From positions 1-38,191 of the forward strand of contig JAUZOH010000002.1 of NCBI GenBank assembly GCA_030706565.1: a DNA stretch of 38,191 nt, in the 5' to 3' direction. The notes below the pieces were generated by a model. That model ran no database searches. It was not told where the DNA came from and was given only the letters and a program-made list of their open reading frames with translations. Of this stretch, positions 1 to 9,235 are shown piece after piece. Each line of letters begins with the position of its first letter. Position 1 is the stretch's first letter. The position numbers and the translations under genes are program-made. Source of the stretch: Bacteroidota bacterium. Its GTDB lineage: Bacteria > Bacteroidota > Bacteroidia > Bacteroidales > JAUZOH01.

Positions 1-105
1 AAAGGGGTGATATCCCTGGTAAAAGGGATGTCGGTAACGGGTCATTATTTTGTTCATCCGGGTGAAATCATTACTGAGCAATATCCCAATAACCGGAACA
101 CATAG
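1..105 (+). pseudogene. nuoI: Upstream part of the nuoI reading frame (NuoI N-terminal region), closed by an in-frame TAG at 103-105
   Basis: Frame 1 reads KGVISLVKGMSVTGHYFVHPGEIITEQYPNNRNT*. It is the same frame as the ATG at 109. The 'QYP' here and 'RFKG' after the stop match the conserved YP...R(F/Y)RG segment that precedes the first Fe-S motif of NuoI. Confidence 0.5.
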
Positions 106-108
106 AAA

Positions 109-444
109 ATGTTCGACCGTTTTAAAGGTGAGGTGATCATGGTTCACAATGAGAATAATGAACATCACTGTACGGGTTGTGGTATTTGTGCTATGAATTG
201 TCCCAATGGTTCAATAGAAGTAATTTCAAAAACTATTGAAGTTGATGGCAAGAAGAAAAAAGTTATAGACAAGCATATTTATCATCATGGAATGTGCACG
301 TTCTGCGGTTTGTGTATTAAAACATGCCCGCAACATGCTTTGGCATTTGCACAGACTTTTGAAAATTCGGTTTATGACCGTTCCAGATTAAATAAAATTC
401 TTAACCATCCGGGTTCATCCCTGATTAAAGAAAAAGAAGCCTGA
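109..444 (+). CDS. nuoI: NADH-quinone oxidoreductase subunit I, 2x[4Fe-4S] ferredoxin core (as an independent ORF it lacks the normal N-terminal segment)
   Basis: Two CxxCxxCxxxCP motifs (CTGCGICAMNCP, CTFCGLCIKTCP). It sits directly upstream of nuoJ with a 2-nt gap. Confidence 0.85.
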   Translation: MFDRFKGEVIMVHNENNEHHCTGCGICAMNCPNGSIEVISKTIEVDGKKKKVIDKHIYHHGMCTFCGLCIKTCPQHALAFAQTFENSVYDRSRLNKILNHPGSSLIKEKEA

Positions 445-446
445 TT

Positions 447-947
447 ATGAATGAATTTATGTTTTTACTGCTGGCCGCTATCATTTTGGTTTTTTCTGTA
501 CTTACAGTTACCAGCAGGCGGATATTAAGGGCAGCCACTTATTTACTTTTCGTTTTAATTGCTACTGCCGGTTTATATGTTTTGCTGAATTATTTTTTCC
601 TTGCTGCCGTCCAGATTCTGGTTTATGCAGGTGGCGTAGTAGTGTTGATCATTTTCTCTATTTTGCTTACCAGCCATATTGAACAGAAATTTGAACAGCC
701 CAGCCCTAAAAAGGTTGCATTATCTGCATTTGCTTCCATGTTTGGTGCTGTTATATGCCTGGTGGCCATCCTGAATCATCCTTTTGCAGTAATCACTTCT
801 CCGGAAGCTGATACTAGCGTCAGGGCTATTGGTCTCAGTATGCTGAATACAGGAAATAATGGTTATGCATTGCCTTTTGAGGTAATCAGTATTTTACTTT
901 TGGCTGCCATGATTGCTGCCATTATTATTGCTAAAAAACGTAAATAA
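447..947 (+). CDS. nuoJ: NADH-quinone oxidoreductase subunit J
   Basis: 166-aa polytopic membrane protein lying between nuoI and nuoK. Size and hydrophobic profile are typical of NuoJ. Confidence 0.85.
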   Translation: MNEFMFLLLAAIILVFSVLTVTSRRILRAATYLLFVLIATAGLYVLLNYFFLAAVQILVYAGGVVVLIIFSILLTSHIEQKFEQPSPKKVALSAFASMFGAVICLVAILNHPFAVITSPEADTSVRAIGLSMLNTGNNGYALPFEVISILLLAAMIAAIIIAKKRK

Positions 948-953
948 AAGATT

Positions 954-1268
954 ATGAATACTATACCGTTATCTTACTTTCTTGTTGTAAGCACAATTAT
1001 GTTTTTTGTGGGCATCTATGGCTTTATGGTTCGTAGAAACCTCATTACCATGCTGATGTCGGTAGAGTTGATATTAAACTCTATAAACATTAATTTTGTG
1101 GCTTTTAACCGTTATTTGTTTGCCGGCAAAACAGAAGGGATGTTTTATTCCATGTTTATCATTGCCATTGCTGCTGCTGAAGCTGCTGTTGCTATTGCAA
1201 TTATTATCAATATTTACAGGCATTTTCATAATATTGATGTCGAAAATGTTGATGAATTGAAGTTTTAA
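954..1268 (+). CDS. nuoK: NADH-quinone oxidoreductase subunit K
   Basis: 104 aa with three TM helices and conserved membrane glutamates (MSVELILNS..., AAAEAAV). Operon position fits. Confidence 0.9.
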   Translation: MNTIPLSYFLVVSTIMFFVGIYGFMVRRNLITMLMSVELILNSININFVAFNRYLFAGKTEGMFYSMFIIAIAAAEAAVAIAIIINIYRHFHNIDVENVDELKF

Positions 1269-1338
1269 ATGTATCAACTCAATCTATATAGCAAGTTAAT
1301 AGTCAATAATCAATTATCATTTGAAAATTATTTAGGCC

Positions 1339-3255
1339 ATGTCATTTAGTTACACTGTTCTGATTTTATTGATTCCTTTGTTCTTCTTTATTTTCCTTGG
1401 TCTTTTTGGAAATAAAATGAAACCCTTGGTTTCGGGAATTCTGGGTACAATCGGATTATTCATTTCGGCTGCTCTTTCTTATTTTACTGCTTATGAGTAT
1501 TTTTTCGTTTCCGGAAAAGTAGGCGGTGTTTATGAAAAACTGACCGCATTCAATACACTTTGGCTCAAGTTTACGGATAATTTACACATCGACTTGGGCG
1601 TTTTACTTGATCCCATCTCGGTCATGATGCTGGTGGTCATTACCACGGTTTCATTGATGGTTCATATCTATAGTTTGGGCTATATGAACGGGGAAAGAGG
1701 TTTCCAACGTTTCTATTCTTTCCTTTCCTTGTTTAGCTTTTCAATGTTGGGCCTGGTAGTCGCTACCAATATTTTCCAGATGTATATTTTCTGGGAGTTG
1801 GTGGGTGTTTCGTCATACCTGCTGATCGGCTTTTACTACGAAAAGCAATCGGCAATTGCTGCTTCAAAGAAAGCTTTCATTGTCACCCGTTTTGCTGATT
1901 TGGGATTTCTGATCGGTATTTTGCTCTTATCCTTTATGACAGGGACATTTGACTTTAAATTGTTGACTGATGTTCACGGTGCTGCCATTGCCAAAGGCGG
2001 TTCTATTGCCTTTATGGGAATGTCGGTGATGACCTGGTCAATGCTTCTGATATTTATGGGTGGTGCCGGTAAATCGGCCATGTTCCCGTTGCACATTTGG
2101 TTGCCTGATGCTATGGAAGGCCCCACGCCTGTTTCAGCATTGATTCATGCTGCCACCATGGTTGTTGCCGGTGTTTTTCTTGTAGCCAGGTTATTTCCTA
2201 TTTTTGCTATTTCTGCTCCTCAGGCATTGACAATAGTTGCTTACATTGGAGGGTTCACCTCGTTGTTTGCAGCCGTAATCGCCTGTACTCAGATCGATAT
2301 TAAACGTGTACTGGCCTTCTCTACCATATCTCAGATCGGTTACATGATGCTGGCTCTTGGTGTTGCAGGATATACTGCTGAGACGTCACTAGGATTCAGT
2401 GCTTCCATGTTTCACCTTTTCACACACGCAATGTTTAAAGCATTGTTGTTCTTAGGCGCTGGTTCTATTATTCATTCGGTACACAGCAACAATATGACGG
2501 ATATGGGCGGTCTCAGAAAGTACATGCCTGTTACCCACATTACCTTCCTTATTGCCTGTCTGGCAATTTCAGGTATACCTCCGTTTGCCGGTTTCTTCAG
2601 TAAGGATGAAATCCTGGCTGCTGCTTTCCACAGCAATAAATTGTTGTTTGCCGTTGATTATTTTGTCGCCGGCCTTACAGCTTTCTATATGTTCAGGCTT
2701 TATTACAATGTTTTCTGGGGAACTGACCGGAATTACGAACATACTCCGCACGAATCCCCATTTACAATGACCATACCTCTGATGTTCCTGGCTTTGGCTT
2801 CTGTGGTTACGGGATTTATTCCTTTTGGTAAGTTTGTTACATACAATGGAGTAGTTGAAGAAAGCGTTTTCCACTGGAATATTGCAATTCCTTCAATTTT
2901 GATTGCTTTGGCAGGTATTATCATTGGCAGGGTCTTTTATCGCACGGAGACAAATTTTGCTGATCGTTTTGCAACTATCTTTAAGGGGCTCTACAAATCA
3001 GCTTACCATAAGTTCTATATGGATGAAGTTTATCTCTTTGTTACAAAGAAGATCATCTTTAATTGCATTTCCAGGCCTATTGCATGGTTTGACCGTCATG
3101 TTGTTGATGGTGCCATGAATGGGATATCATATATAACCAATAGTGTTTCAGTCAGGATTAAAGGTTTCCAGAGCGGTTACCTGCAGCAATATGCCTTTAC
3201 TTTCGTGGTTGGCGCTGTAGCACTATTTCTTGCAATATTGTATTTTGCTTTTTAA
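1339..3255 (+). CDS. nuoL: NADH-quinone oxidoreductase subunit L (antiporter-like)
   Basis: 638 aa, Mrp/ND5-type. Motifs WELVGVSSYLLIGF, KSAMFPLHIWLPDAMEGPTPVSALIHAATMV. Confidence 0.95.
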   Translation: MSFSYTVLILLIPLFFFIFLGLFGNKMKPLVSGILGTIGLFISAALSYFTAYEYFFVSGKVGGVYEKLTAFNTLWLKFTDNLHIDLGVLLDPISVMMLVVITTVSLMVHIYSLGYMNGERGFQRFYSFLSLFSFSMLGLVVATNIFQMYIFWELVGVSSYLLIGFYYEKQSAIAASKKAFIVTRFADLGFLIGILLLSFMTGTFDFKLLTDVHGAAIAKGGSIAFMGMSVMTWSMLLIFMGGAGKSAMFPLHIWLPDAMEGPTPVSALIHAATMVVAGVFLVARLFPIFAISAPQALTIVAYIGGFTSLFAAVIACTQIDIKRVLAFSTISQIGYMMLALGVAGYTAETSLGFSASMFHLFTHAMFKALLFLGAGSIIHSVHSNNMTDMGGLRKYMPVTHITFLIACLAISGIPPFAGFFSKDEILAAAFHSNKLLFAVDYFVAGLTAFYMFRLYYNVFWGTDRNYEHTPHESPFTMTIPLMFLALASVVTGFIPFGKFVTYNGVVEESVFHWNIAIPSILIALAGIIIGRVFYRTETNFADRFATIFKGLYKSAYHKFYMDEVYLFVTKKIIFNCISRPIAWFDRHVVDGAMNGISYITNSVSVRIKGFQSGYLQQYAFTFVVGAVALFLAILYFAF

Positions 3256-3270
3256 AAATTTGAATTTGTT

Positions 3271-4773
3271 ATGGATATTTTAACCCTATTTGTTGTAATC
3301 CCGGTTATCACTATTATCGGAATGATGTTGTGCAGAGACAATAAGTATGTTCGTGTTGTTGCTGCAATAGGTATGAGTGCGCAGCTGATTAATGCCGGTG
3401 TTCTTGTTTATTCTTATTTGGCTTTAAGAAAAGCCGGTTATATGGCTGAAATGTTATTTAAAAAGACCATAGTTTGGTATCCTTCATTGCATATTCAATA
3501 TAGCATAGGCGTTGATGGAATTTCAGTAGCAATGATTGCTTTGACTTCTATTGTTATCTTTTGCGGAATATTCACTTCCTGGAAGATGAGCGATTTGCCC
3601 AAAGAATTTTTTGTCACGCTTATTTTATTGGCAACTGGTGTTTTCGGATTTTTTATTTCCATCGATCTTTTCACCATGTTCCTGTTTTATGAGTTGGCAG
3701 TGATCCCGATGTACCTGCTTATTGGTATATGGGGTACAGGGCCTAAGGAATATGCAGCAATGAAACTTACCCTGATGCTGATGGGTGGTTCAGCGCTGAT
3801 CCTGGTTGGTCTTTTGGGTATTTATTATAATTCCGGTACTCCGGGGCACCTTACTTTCAATATTCTTGAAATTTCAAAACATCATATACCTATAGTTATT
3901 CAGAGATTCTTCTTTCCGATAACCTTTATAGGTTTTGGAGTACTGGGCGCTTTATTCCCATTCCACACGTGGAGTCCTGATGGTCATGCTTCTGCACCTA
4001 CTGCAGTTTCAATGCTTCATGCAGGTGTACTGATGAAACTTGGAGGATATGGTATATTCAGGGTGGCTATCTACTTAATGCCTGATGCAGCTCAGCAGTT
4101 GTCCTGGATTTTCATCATACTTACATCAATCAGCGTACTTTATGGAGCTTTGGGTGCTATAATGCAGAAAGACCTTAAGTATATCAATGCATATTCTTCA
4201 GTGAGCCATTGTGGTATGGTTATTTTCGCCTTGTTGATGATGAATAAAATTGCAATGGACGGAGCTATCTTACAGATGATTTCTCATGGTATTATGACAG
4301 CCCTCTTCTTTGCCTTAATCGGTATGATTTATGGCCGTACACATACCAGAATGATCAATGAAATGAGCGGTTTGATGAAGATCATTCCTTTCCTTGCCGT
4401 TGCTTATGTAATTGCAGGTCTGGCTTCGTTGGGTTTGCCCGGTTTCAGTGGTTTTGTTGCTGAAATGACTATTTTCACGGGGGCATTTCAACATCCCGAT
4501 ATGTTTCACAGGGTAGCAACTATTATTGCTGCTTCATCAATTGTGGTAACTGCAGTATATATTCTCCGGGTGATTGGAATATTTCTCCTGGGAGAAGTGA
4601 ATAATAAAAAATTCTGGAGTCTGTCGGATGCGGAATGGTACGAAAAAGTTACCATCATCACCATGGTTGTTGCCATTGCTGGAATCGGTATTGCACCTCT
4701 CTGGCTTTCGGACATGATTTCTCACAGTTTGACTCCAATTATACACAGAATATTGTCAATTAACTTACTGTAA
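3271..4773 (+). CDS. nuoM: NADH-quinone oxidoreductase subunit M (antiporter-like)
   Basis: 500 aa, ND4-type. Motifs FYELAVIPMYLLIGIWG, FPFHTWSPDGHASAPTAVSMLHAGVLMKLG. Confidence 0.95.
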   Translation: MDILTLFVVIPVITIIGMMLCRDNKYVRVVAAIGMSAQLINAGVLVYSYLALRKAGYMAEMLFKKTIVWYPSLHIQYSIGVDGISVAMIALTSIVIFCGIFTSWKMSDLPKEFFVTLILLATGVFGFFISIDLFTMFLFYELAVIPMYLLIGIWGTGPKEYAAMKLTLMLMGGSALILVGLLGIYYNSGTPGHLTFNILEISKHHIPIVIQRFFFPITFIGFGVLGALFPFHTWSPDGHASAPTAVSMLHAGVLMKLGGYGIFRVAIYLMPDAAQQLSWIFIILTSISVLYGALGAIMQKDLKYINAYSSVSHCGMVIFALLMMNKIAMDGAILQMISHGIMTALFFALIGMIYGRTHTRMINEMSGLMKIIPFLAVAYVIAGLASLGLPGFSGFVAEMTIFTGAFQHPDMFHRVATIIAASSIVVTAVYILRVIGIFLLGEVNNKKFWSLSDAEWYEKVTIITMVVAIAGIGIAPLWLSDMISHSLTPIIHRILSINLL

Positions 4774-4781
4774 AAAATACT

Positions 4782-6203
4782 ATGAATTTTGGACAAATGA
4801 TTCTTATGCGCAATGAATTGCTACTGGTTTTGGTGCTGTTGATTTTACTTGTAGCAGAAATATTTACTCCCGAAAATAAAAAAAGCCGTATAATCAATTA
4901 TAGCTTGGTGTTATTGTTTTTGGTCACAGGGGTTGGTTTCCTGCCTGCCCATACCGGACAATTGTTTGGAGGTATGTATCAGAGTTCCAGTTTGACCATA
5001 CTGATGAAAAATATCCTGAATATCGGTACATTTATTGTATTCCTGCAGGCCGCCGCATGGTTAAAGAAGGAAGAAAATCAGGACAGAATCAGTGAATTTT
5101 TTATATTGATGTTGTCCACCCTGATTGGTATGGATTACATGATTTCTTCCGGCGATTTTCTGATGCTGTATCTTGGTTTGGAACTGGCTACTATTCCAAT
5201 GGCCGCTCTTGTTGCTTATGACAGATATAAAAACCGCAGCGCTGAAGCTGGTGTGAAATTTATCATGCTTGCTGCTTTATCCTCCGGTATTTTACTTTGG
5301 GGTATATCCATGATTTACGGTACAACCGGTTCATTTTATTTTAATCAGATTGCTGCTACTTATACAGGTTCTCCTTTACAGGTTCTGGCTTTTGTGTTTT
5401 TCTTTGCCGGTATGGCTTTCAAAATTTCACTGGTTCCCTTTCATTTATGGACAGCCGACGTTTATGAAGGTGCTCCTGTTGCTGTCACTTCCTATTTATC
5501 GGTAATATCAAAAGGAGCCTCAGTTTTCATCCTTTCCATAGTTCTGTTTACTGTATTCCATTCTATCGCAATTCAATGGCAAAATGCACTTTTGGTTATT
5601 GCTGTTCTTACCATGACTATCGGTAACCTTTTTGCAATGAGGCAAACCAACCTGAAAAGGTTTATGGCTTTTTCCTCAATCTCCCAGGCAGGTTTTATTC
5701 TGGTTGGCCTGATTAGTGGAACTGTTCTGAGTATGACTTCAGTTGTTTATTTTGTTTTGGTTTATATATTCTCCAATCTTGGTGTATTTGGTGTTATTTC
5801 GGTTATTTCGAACAAGACGGGCAAAGAAAAAATGGACGATTACAACGGTTTATACCGTACTAACCCCATGCTTAGCCTGCTAATGCTGCTTGCTTTGTTC
5901 TCTTTGGCCGGTATTCCGCCTATTGCCGGTTTCTTTAGTAAATTTTTCCTCTTTACAGCTGCTGCCGAAAAAGGACATTTTATTTTGATTATCATTGCCG
6001 TACTCAATACAATCATCTCTTTATACTATTATTTACTTATTGTTAAAGCAATGTTTATCAATAAAAGCGAGACTCCGATTGCTTCTTTCAAAACCGATAC
6101 ATTAAGCAGGATTGGCTTGGTTTTATGTATGATTGGTATTATGGTTTCGGGTTTTGCAAGTGTTATTTTCGAATATATCCGTACTGTAAGCTTTGGAATG
6201 TAA
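4782..6203 (+). CDS. nuoN: NADH-quinone oxidoreductase subunit N (antiporter-like)
   Basis: 473 aa, ND2-type. Motifs GLELATIPM, VPFHLWTADVYEGAPVAVTSYLSVISKGA. Confidence 0.95.
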   Translation: MNFGQMILMRNELLLVLVLLILLVAEIFTPENKKSRIINYSLVLLFLVTGVGFLPAHTGQLFGGMYQSSSLTILMKNILNIGTFIVFLQAAAWLKKEENQDRISEFFILMLSTLIGMDYMISSGDFLMLYLGLELATIPMAALVAYDRYKNRSAEAGVKFIMLAALSSGILLWGISMIYGTTGSFYFNQIAATYTGSPLQVLAFVFFFAGMAFKISLVPFHLWTADVYEGAPVAVTSYLSVISKGASVFILSIVLFTVFHSIAIQWQNALLVIAVLTMTIGNLFAMRQTNLKRFMAFSSISQAGFILVGLISGTVLSMTSVVYFVLVYIFSNLGVFGVISVISNKTGKEKMDDYNGLYRTNPMLSLLMLLALFSLAGIPPIAGFFSKFFLFTAAAEKGHFILIIIAVLNTIISLYYYLLIVKAMFINKSETPIASFKTDTLSRIGLVLCMIGIMVSGFASVIFEYIRTVSFGM

Positions 6204-6242
6204 ATGTTTCGTGCTGAAACTTGATAATAAAATTATAAGATT

Positions 6243-6563
6243 ATGTCTCTAAATACCACAAAACATATTGTTGAAGAAATAAACGGTGTTCGTTGCAGCA
6301 TTGTTGAACCTGGATGTTCAAAGGAAAGGGCTGATTTTCTTACAACCTTGCTTCAATTCAATAAATATGAAGTTAAAACTGAAGAAAAAGCCCAGGAAGG
6401 TGCTGTTTCTGTATATAAAGTCGGAGTGACGGATGTTACCTTTAATGCTGTTCTGAAAGTATATGAAAAGTCATTAAAAAGGGAAGACGGGCATGTTGTA
6501 ACGCCTGCATACTGGGATCAGAAGACTGAACAAACGAATATCCCTTATTGGCTTGTAAAATAA
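6243..6563 (+). CDS. Hypothetical soluble 106-aa protein, last gene of the nuo transcription unit
   Basis: Clean ORF 39 nt after nuoN on the same strand, followed by a hairpin terminator. It has no TM segment and no family I recognise. Confidence 0.55.
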   Translation: MSLNTTKHIVEEINGVRCSIVEPGCSKERADFLTTLLQFNKYEVKTEEKAQEGAVSVYKVGVTDVTFNAVLKVYEKSLKREDGHVVTPAYWDQKTEQTNIPYWLVK

Positions 6564-6580
6564 TTTATTGAAAAAATATA

Positions 6581-6626
6581 AAAAACCGGGAAATTAATTC
6601 TTACAGAATAATCTTCCGGTTTTTTT
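6581..6626. terminator. Bidirectional intrinsic terminator between convergent genes
   Basis: aaaaaccgg (6581-6589) pairs with ccggttttt (6616-6624), with imperfect extra pairing in between. A-run and T-run flanks allow it to act on either strand. Confidence 0.6.
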
Positions 6627-6634
6627 ATGCCGTT

Positions 6635-7801
6635 TTATTTGGAAATAGGCTGAGCGTATGCCAGCACATCTTTTCCGTATATTTCTTTCCCGCAGAGGAT
6701 AATCAGTCTCTCCAGAACATTCCTGAATTCCCTGATATTACCTGTCCAGTTGATTTTTTGAAGTTCGGCAATGGCATCGGGATTTATTGCTTTTTTAGTC
6801 ATCCCGTATTCGGCGCAGATTTCATTCAGAAAATGATCCGCCAGGATTGGAATATCTTCAATTCTTTCGTTTAAGGTAGGAACATCAATGAGGATAACGC
6901 TAAGCCGGTGGTAAAGATCTTCGCGGAAATTGTGGTTTTCAATTTCTGTTTTAAGGTCTTTGTTGGTGGCTGCAACTATCCTGACGTCAACGTCAATATC
7001 TTTATCGCTGCCCACGCGGGATATCTTGTTCTCCTGCAAAGCCCGAAGAACTTTGGCCTGGGCAGAAAGGCTCATATCCCCGATTTCATCCAGGAAAAGT
7101 GTGCCTCCGTTGGCCTGTTCGAATTTGCCGATGCGTTGTTTAATGGCTGAAGTAAAGGCTCCTTTCTCGTGTCCAAAAAGTTCACTTTCAATTAATTCAG
7201 AAGGAATGGCTGCGCAGTTGACTTCAACAAAGGGCTGATTTGCCCTGTGGCTCTTTTCGTGCAGCCAGCGGGCAACCAATTCTTTGCCTGTGCCGTTTTT
7301 GCCGGTAATCAGAACTCTGGCATCGGTTGGCGCCACACGGTCAATAAGTTCCTTTACTTTATTGATGGCTTCCGAATTCCCCACAATTTCAAAAGTTTTG
7401 TTGACCTTGCGTTTCAGTACTTTTGTTTCGCTCAACAGCTGGGTTTTATCCATCCCGTTGCGGATAGTGATCAACAGACGGTTCAGGTCCAACGGCTTTT
7501 CAATGAAATCGAAAGCTCCTTTTTTGATACATTCAACTGCCGTATCTATATTGCCGTGGCCAGAAATCATGATCACCGTCGTTTCCCGGTCACTTTCCAT
7601 GATTTTATCGAGCACTTCAATTCCGTCCATCTTGTCCATTTTGATGTCGCAAAGCACAACATCGTAACTGTTTTTGTTGAAGATATCTAAACCTTCCACC
7701 CCGTCGCAAGCTATATCAACCAGGTAATGTTCGTATTCAAGGACTTCTTTCAAAGTGTTCCGGATACTTTTTTCGTCATCAATTACTAATATGCTAGCCA
7801 T
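6635..7801 (-). CDS. Sigma-54-dependent response regulator (receiver + AAA+ activator domain, no C-terminal HTH)
   Basis: Receiver motifs ILVIDDE, CDIKMDKMDG, DFIEKP. Walker A GKNGTGKE, Walker B LFLDEIGD, sigma-54 contact loop ESELFGHEKGAFTSA. The protein ends about 20 aa after NIREFRNVLERL. Confidence 0.9.
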   Translation of the reverse strand: MASILVIDDEKSIRNTLKEVLEYEHYLVDIACDGVEGLDIFNKNSYDVVLCDIKMDKMDGIEVLDKIMESDRETTVIMISGHGNIDTAVECIKKGAFDFIEKPLDLNRLLITIRNGMDKTQLLSETKVLKRKVNKTFEIVGNSEAINKVKELIDRVAPTDARVLITGKNGTGKELVARWLHEKSHRANQPFVEVNCAAIPSELIESELFGHEKGAFTSAIKQRIGKFEQANGGTLFLDEIGDMSLSAQAKVLRALQENKISRVGSDKDIDVDVRIVAATNKDLKTEIENHNFREDLYHRLSVILIDVPTLNERIEDIPILADHFLNEICAEYGMTKKAINPDAIAELQKINWTGNIREFRNVLERLIILCGKEIYGKDVLAYAQPISK

Positions 7802-7864
7802 TTCAATAATTTATACAATAAAACTATTCCTTATATAACAAGGCTAAAATTAAAAATGTTCATG

Positions 7865-7872
7865 CAAAGTTA
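7865..7872 (-). promoter_or_regulatory. Candidate Bacteroidetes -7 promoter box (TAACTTTG on minus strand) for the response regulator gene
   Basis: Matches the TAnnTTTG consensus, 64 nt upstream of the ATG at 7801. Confidence 0.35.
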
Positions 7873-7919
7873 TAAACAAACCCTGTCAGAAGCAACTGCA
7901 AAATAAATCAACCTGATCT

Positions 7920-9077
7920 TTACCAGCCCAGTTTTTCTTTGATGGCTTTTGACAATTCGCGGGCAATTAATTCATGTTGGGCTTCATCCGGATGGTTTCC
8001 ACAGCCGGAATTAAGTTTGTTGGTCAAGATAACCTGATATACTTTGCTGTCGTTCTTTTCAGCATTCATCGTATGAACGATTGTGCTCAGGCATTTCTTC
8101 TGAAACTGGAGAAGGGCATCATCACTCATGGGACTAGTCAGGCAGAAAATTGCTGCATGAGGATATTTTGCCCTGATGGACAGGATGAATTCGACATATT
8201 TTGAGCAGAATACGGACGAATCGATAATCCCGTCGTTTTGTCCCAGACAGATGGTGACTAAGTCCGGGATATAGCTGGAGAAATCCCATTTAGCCGAAGA
8301 GGGATTTTCAAGGAAAGTCCTGTCGTAAACATCGGGCATAGTGACGGGCATGTTGCAGCAGCTGTGTACCAGTCCGATTCCCGACCAGGAAGTAAGCTGC
8401 CATTGGGCATTGAGCTTGCGGGCAGTAACGGCTCCGTACGACATATACGCCTTGTTGGTGATATTCCAGTTGTCACCGGTGCCTTGTTCGCATAATCCGG
8501 CAATCATTTTGGCACCACAGGTGATTGAATTTCCATAGCACTCAATCTTTCTCACCTGTTTTTGGGCCATTGGCAAAAGCCTTTTACATCTGAATCCTTT
8601 AAATTCGAGCCATCCTATAGCTGCTTCCGTATCTTTGCATATCAGGATGGTGTGGGTTTTATTCGCCAAACCTTCGGCAACCCTCATGATTCCATTTTCT
8701 ACTTTTATCCTTTTTGCGGGGCCATTGTCGACTACCACTTCAATGTAATTGTGGTTATTTGGATCGGATAGTTCTATGTCACACAAAGTACCGGTAAATT
8801 TTGCCTGAATATATACCCCGGGTGATGAAAACCGGGGACAGGCTTTATTACTGAAATCTATTCTTCCTGTATATTGGATATTAGAATTATTAGCAGGAAT
8901 AAGAGGATAAGTGATTGAGCCCTTGGGTTTACCTGCAGATTTACCCTGTTGGCTGATTTGCGATTGAGCCGAAATTGTTTGTAGTAATATGATTAAAGTT
9001 ATGCCAATTGACTTAAGGTATCCTGAACAAATTAAATTTCTCATGGTTATAAATTTTAAATTAAGGTTAAAATTCAA
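7920..9077 (-). CDS. Secreted SGNH/GDSL-family esterase with an N-terminal beta-sandwich, carbohydrate esterase family 2-like (the start is more likely the ATG at 9044)
   Basis: SGNH blocks: YGNSITCG (nucleophile Ser), GQNDG, NHPDEAQH. Signal peptide MRNLICSGYLKSIGITLIILLQTISAQS begins at the internal Met (9044). Confidence 0.7.
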   Translation of the reverse strand: MNFNLNLKFITMRNLICSGYLKSIGITLIILLQTISAQSQISQQGKSAGKPKGSITYPLIPANNSNIQYTGRIDFSNKACPRFSSPGVYIQAKFTGTLCDIELSDPNNHNYIEVVVDNGPAKRIKVENGIMRVAEGLANKTHTILICKDTEAAIGWLEFKGFRCKRLLPMAQKQVRKIECYGNSITCGAKMIAGLCEQGTGDNWNITNKAYMSYGAVTARKLNAQWQLTSWSGIGLVHSCCNMPVTMPDVYDRTFLENPSSAKWDFSSYIPDLVTICLGQNDGIIDSSVFCSKYVEFILSIRAKYPHAAIFCLTSPMSDDALLQFQKKCLSTIVHTMNAEKNDSKVYQVILTNKLNSGCGNHPDEAQHELIARELSKAIKEKLGW

Positions 9078-9210
9078 AAAATTAAAGTTATTAAATATTT
9101 TGCACGTTTTTGTTTTTTGATAGAGACAAAGGGCTTCATCTTTAAGGCAATTAACTGGATTTTAGAAGAAGATCATATCAAAATAAGTAAGGAAAAAATA
9201 ATAAATTTTT

Positions 9211-9226
9211 ACTTGTATTTACAAGT
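9211..9226. promoter_or_regulatory. Perfect 7-2-7 palindrome ACTTGTA-TT-TACAAGT, candidate operator
   Basis: Exact inverted repeat read in the sequence, 10 nt upstream of the candidate -7 box of the dehydrogenase operon. Confidence 0.4.
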
Positions 9227-9235
9227 TGAATAATG

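Noticed and set aside
103-105. TAG reassigned to a sense codon (genetic-code change) as the explanation for the interrupted nuoI
   Set aside because: TAG closes several well-supported genes in this window at their expected lengths: lpdA (12008-12010), rpsA (24065-24067), the second lepB (34041-34043), the VTC gene and rubredoxin. It therefore functions as a stop here.
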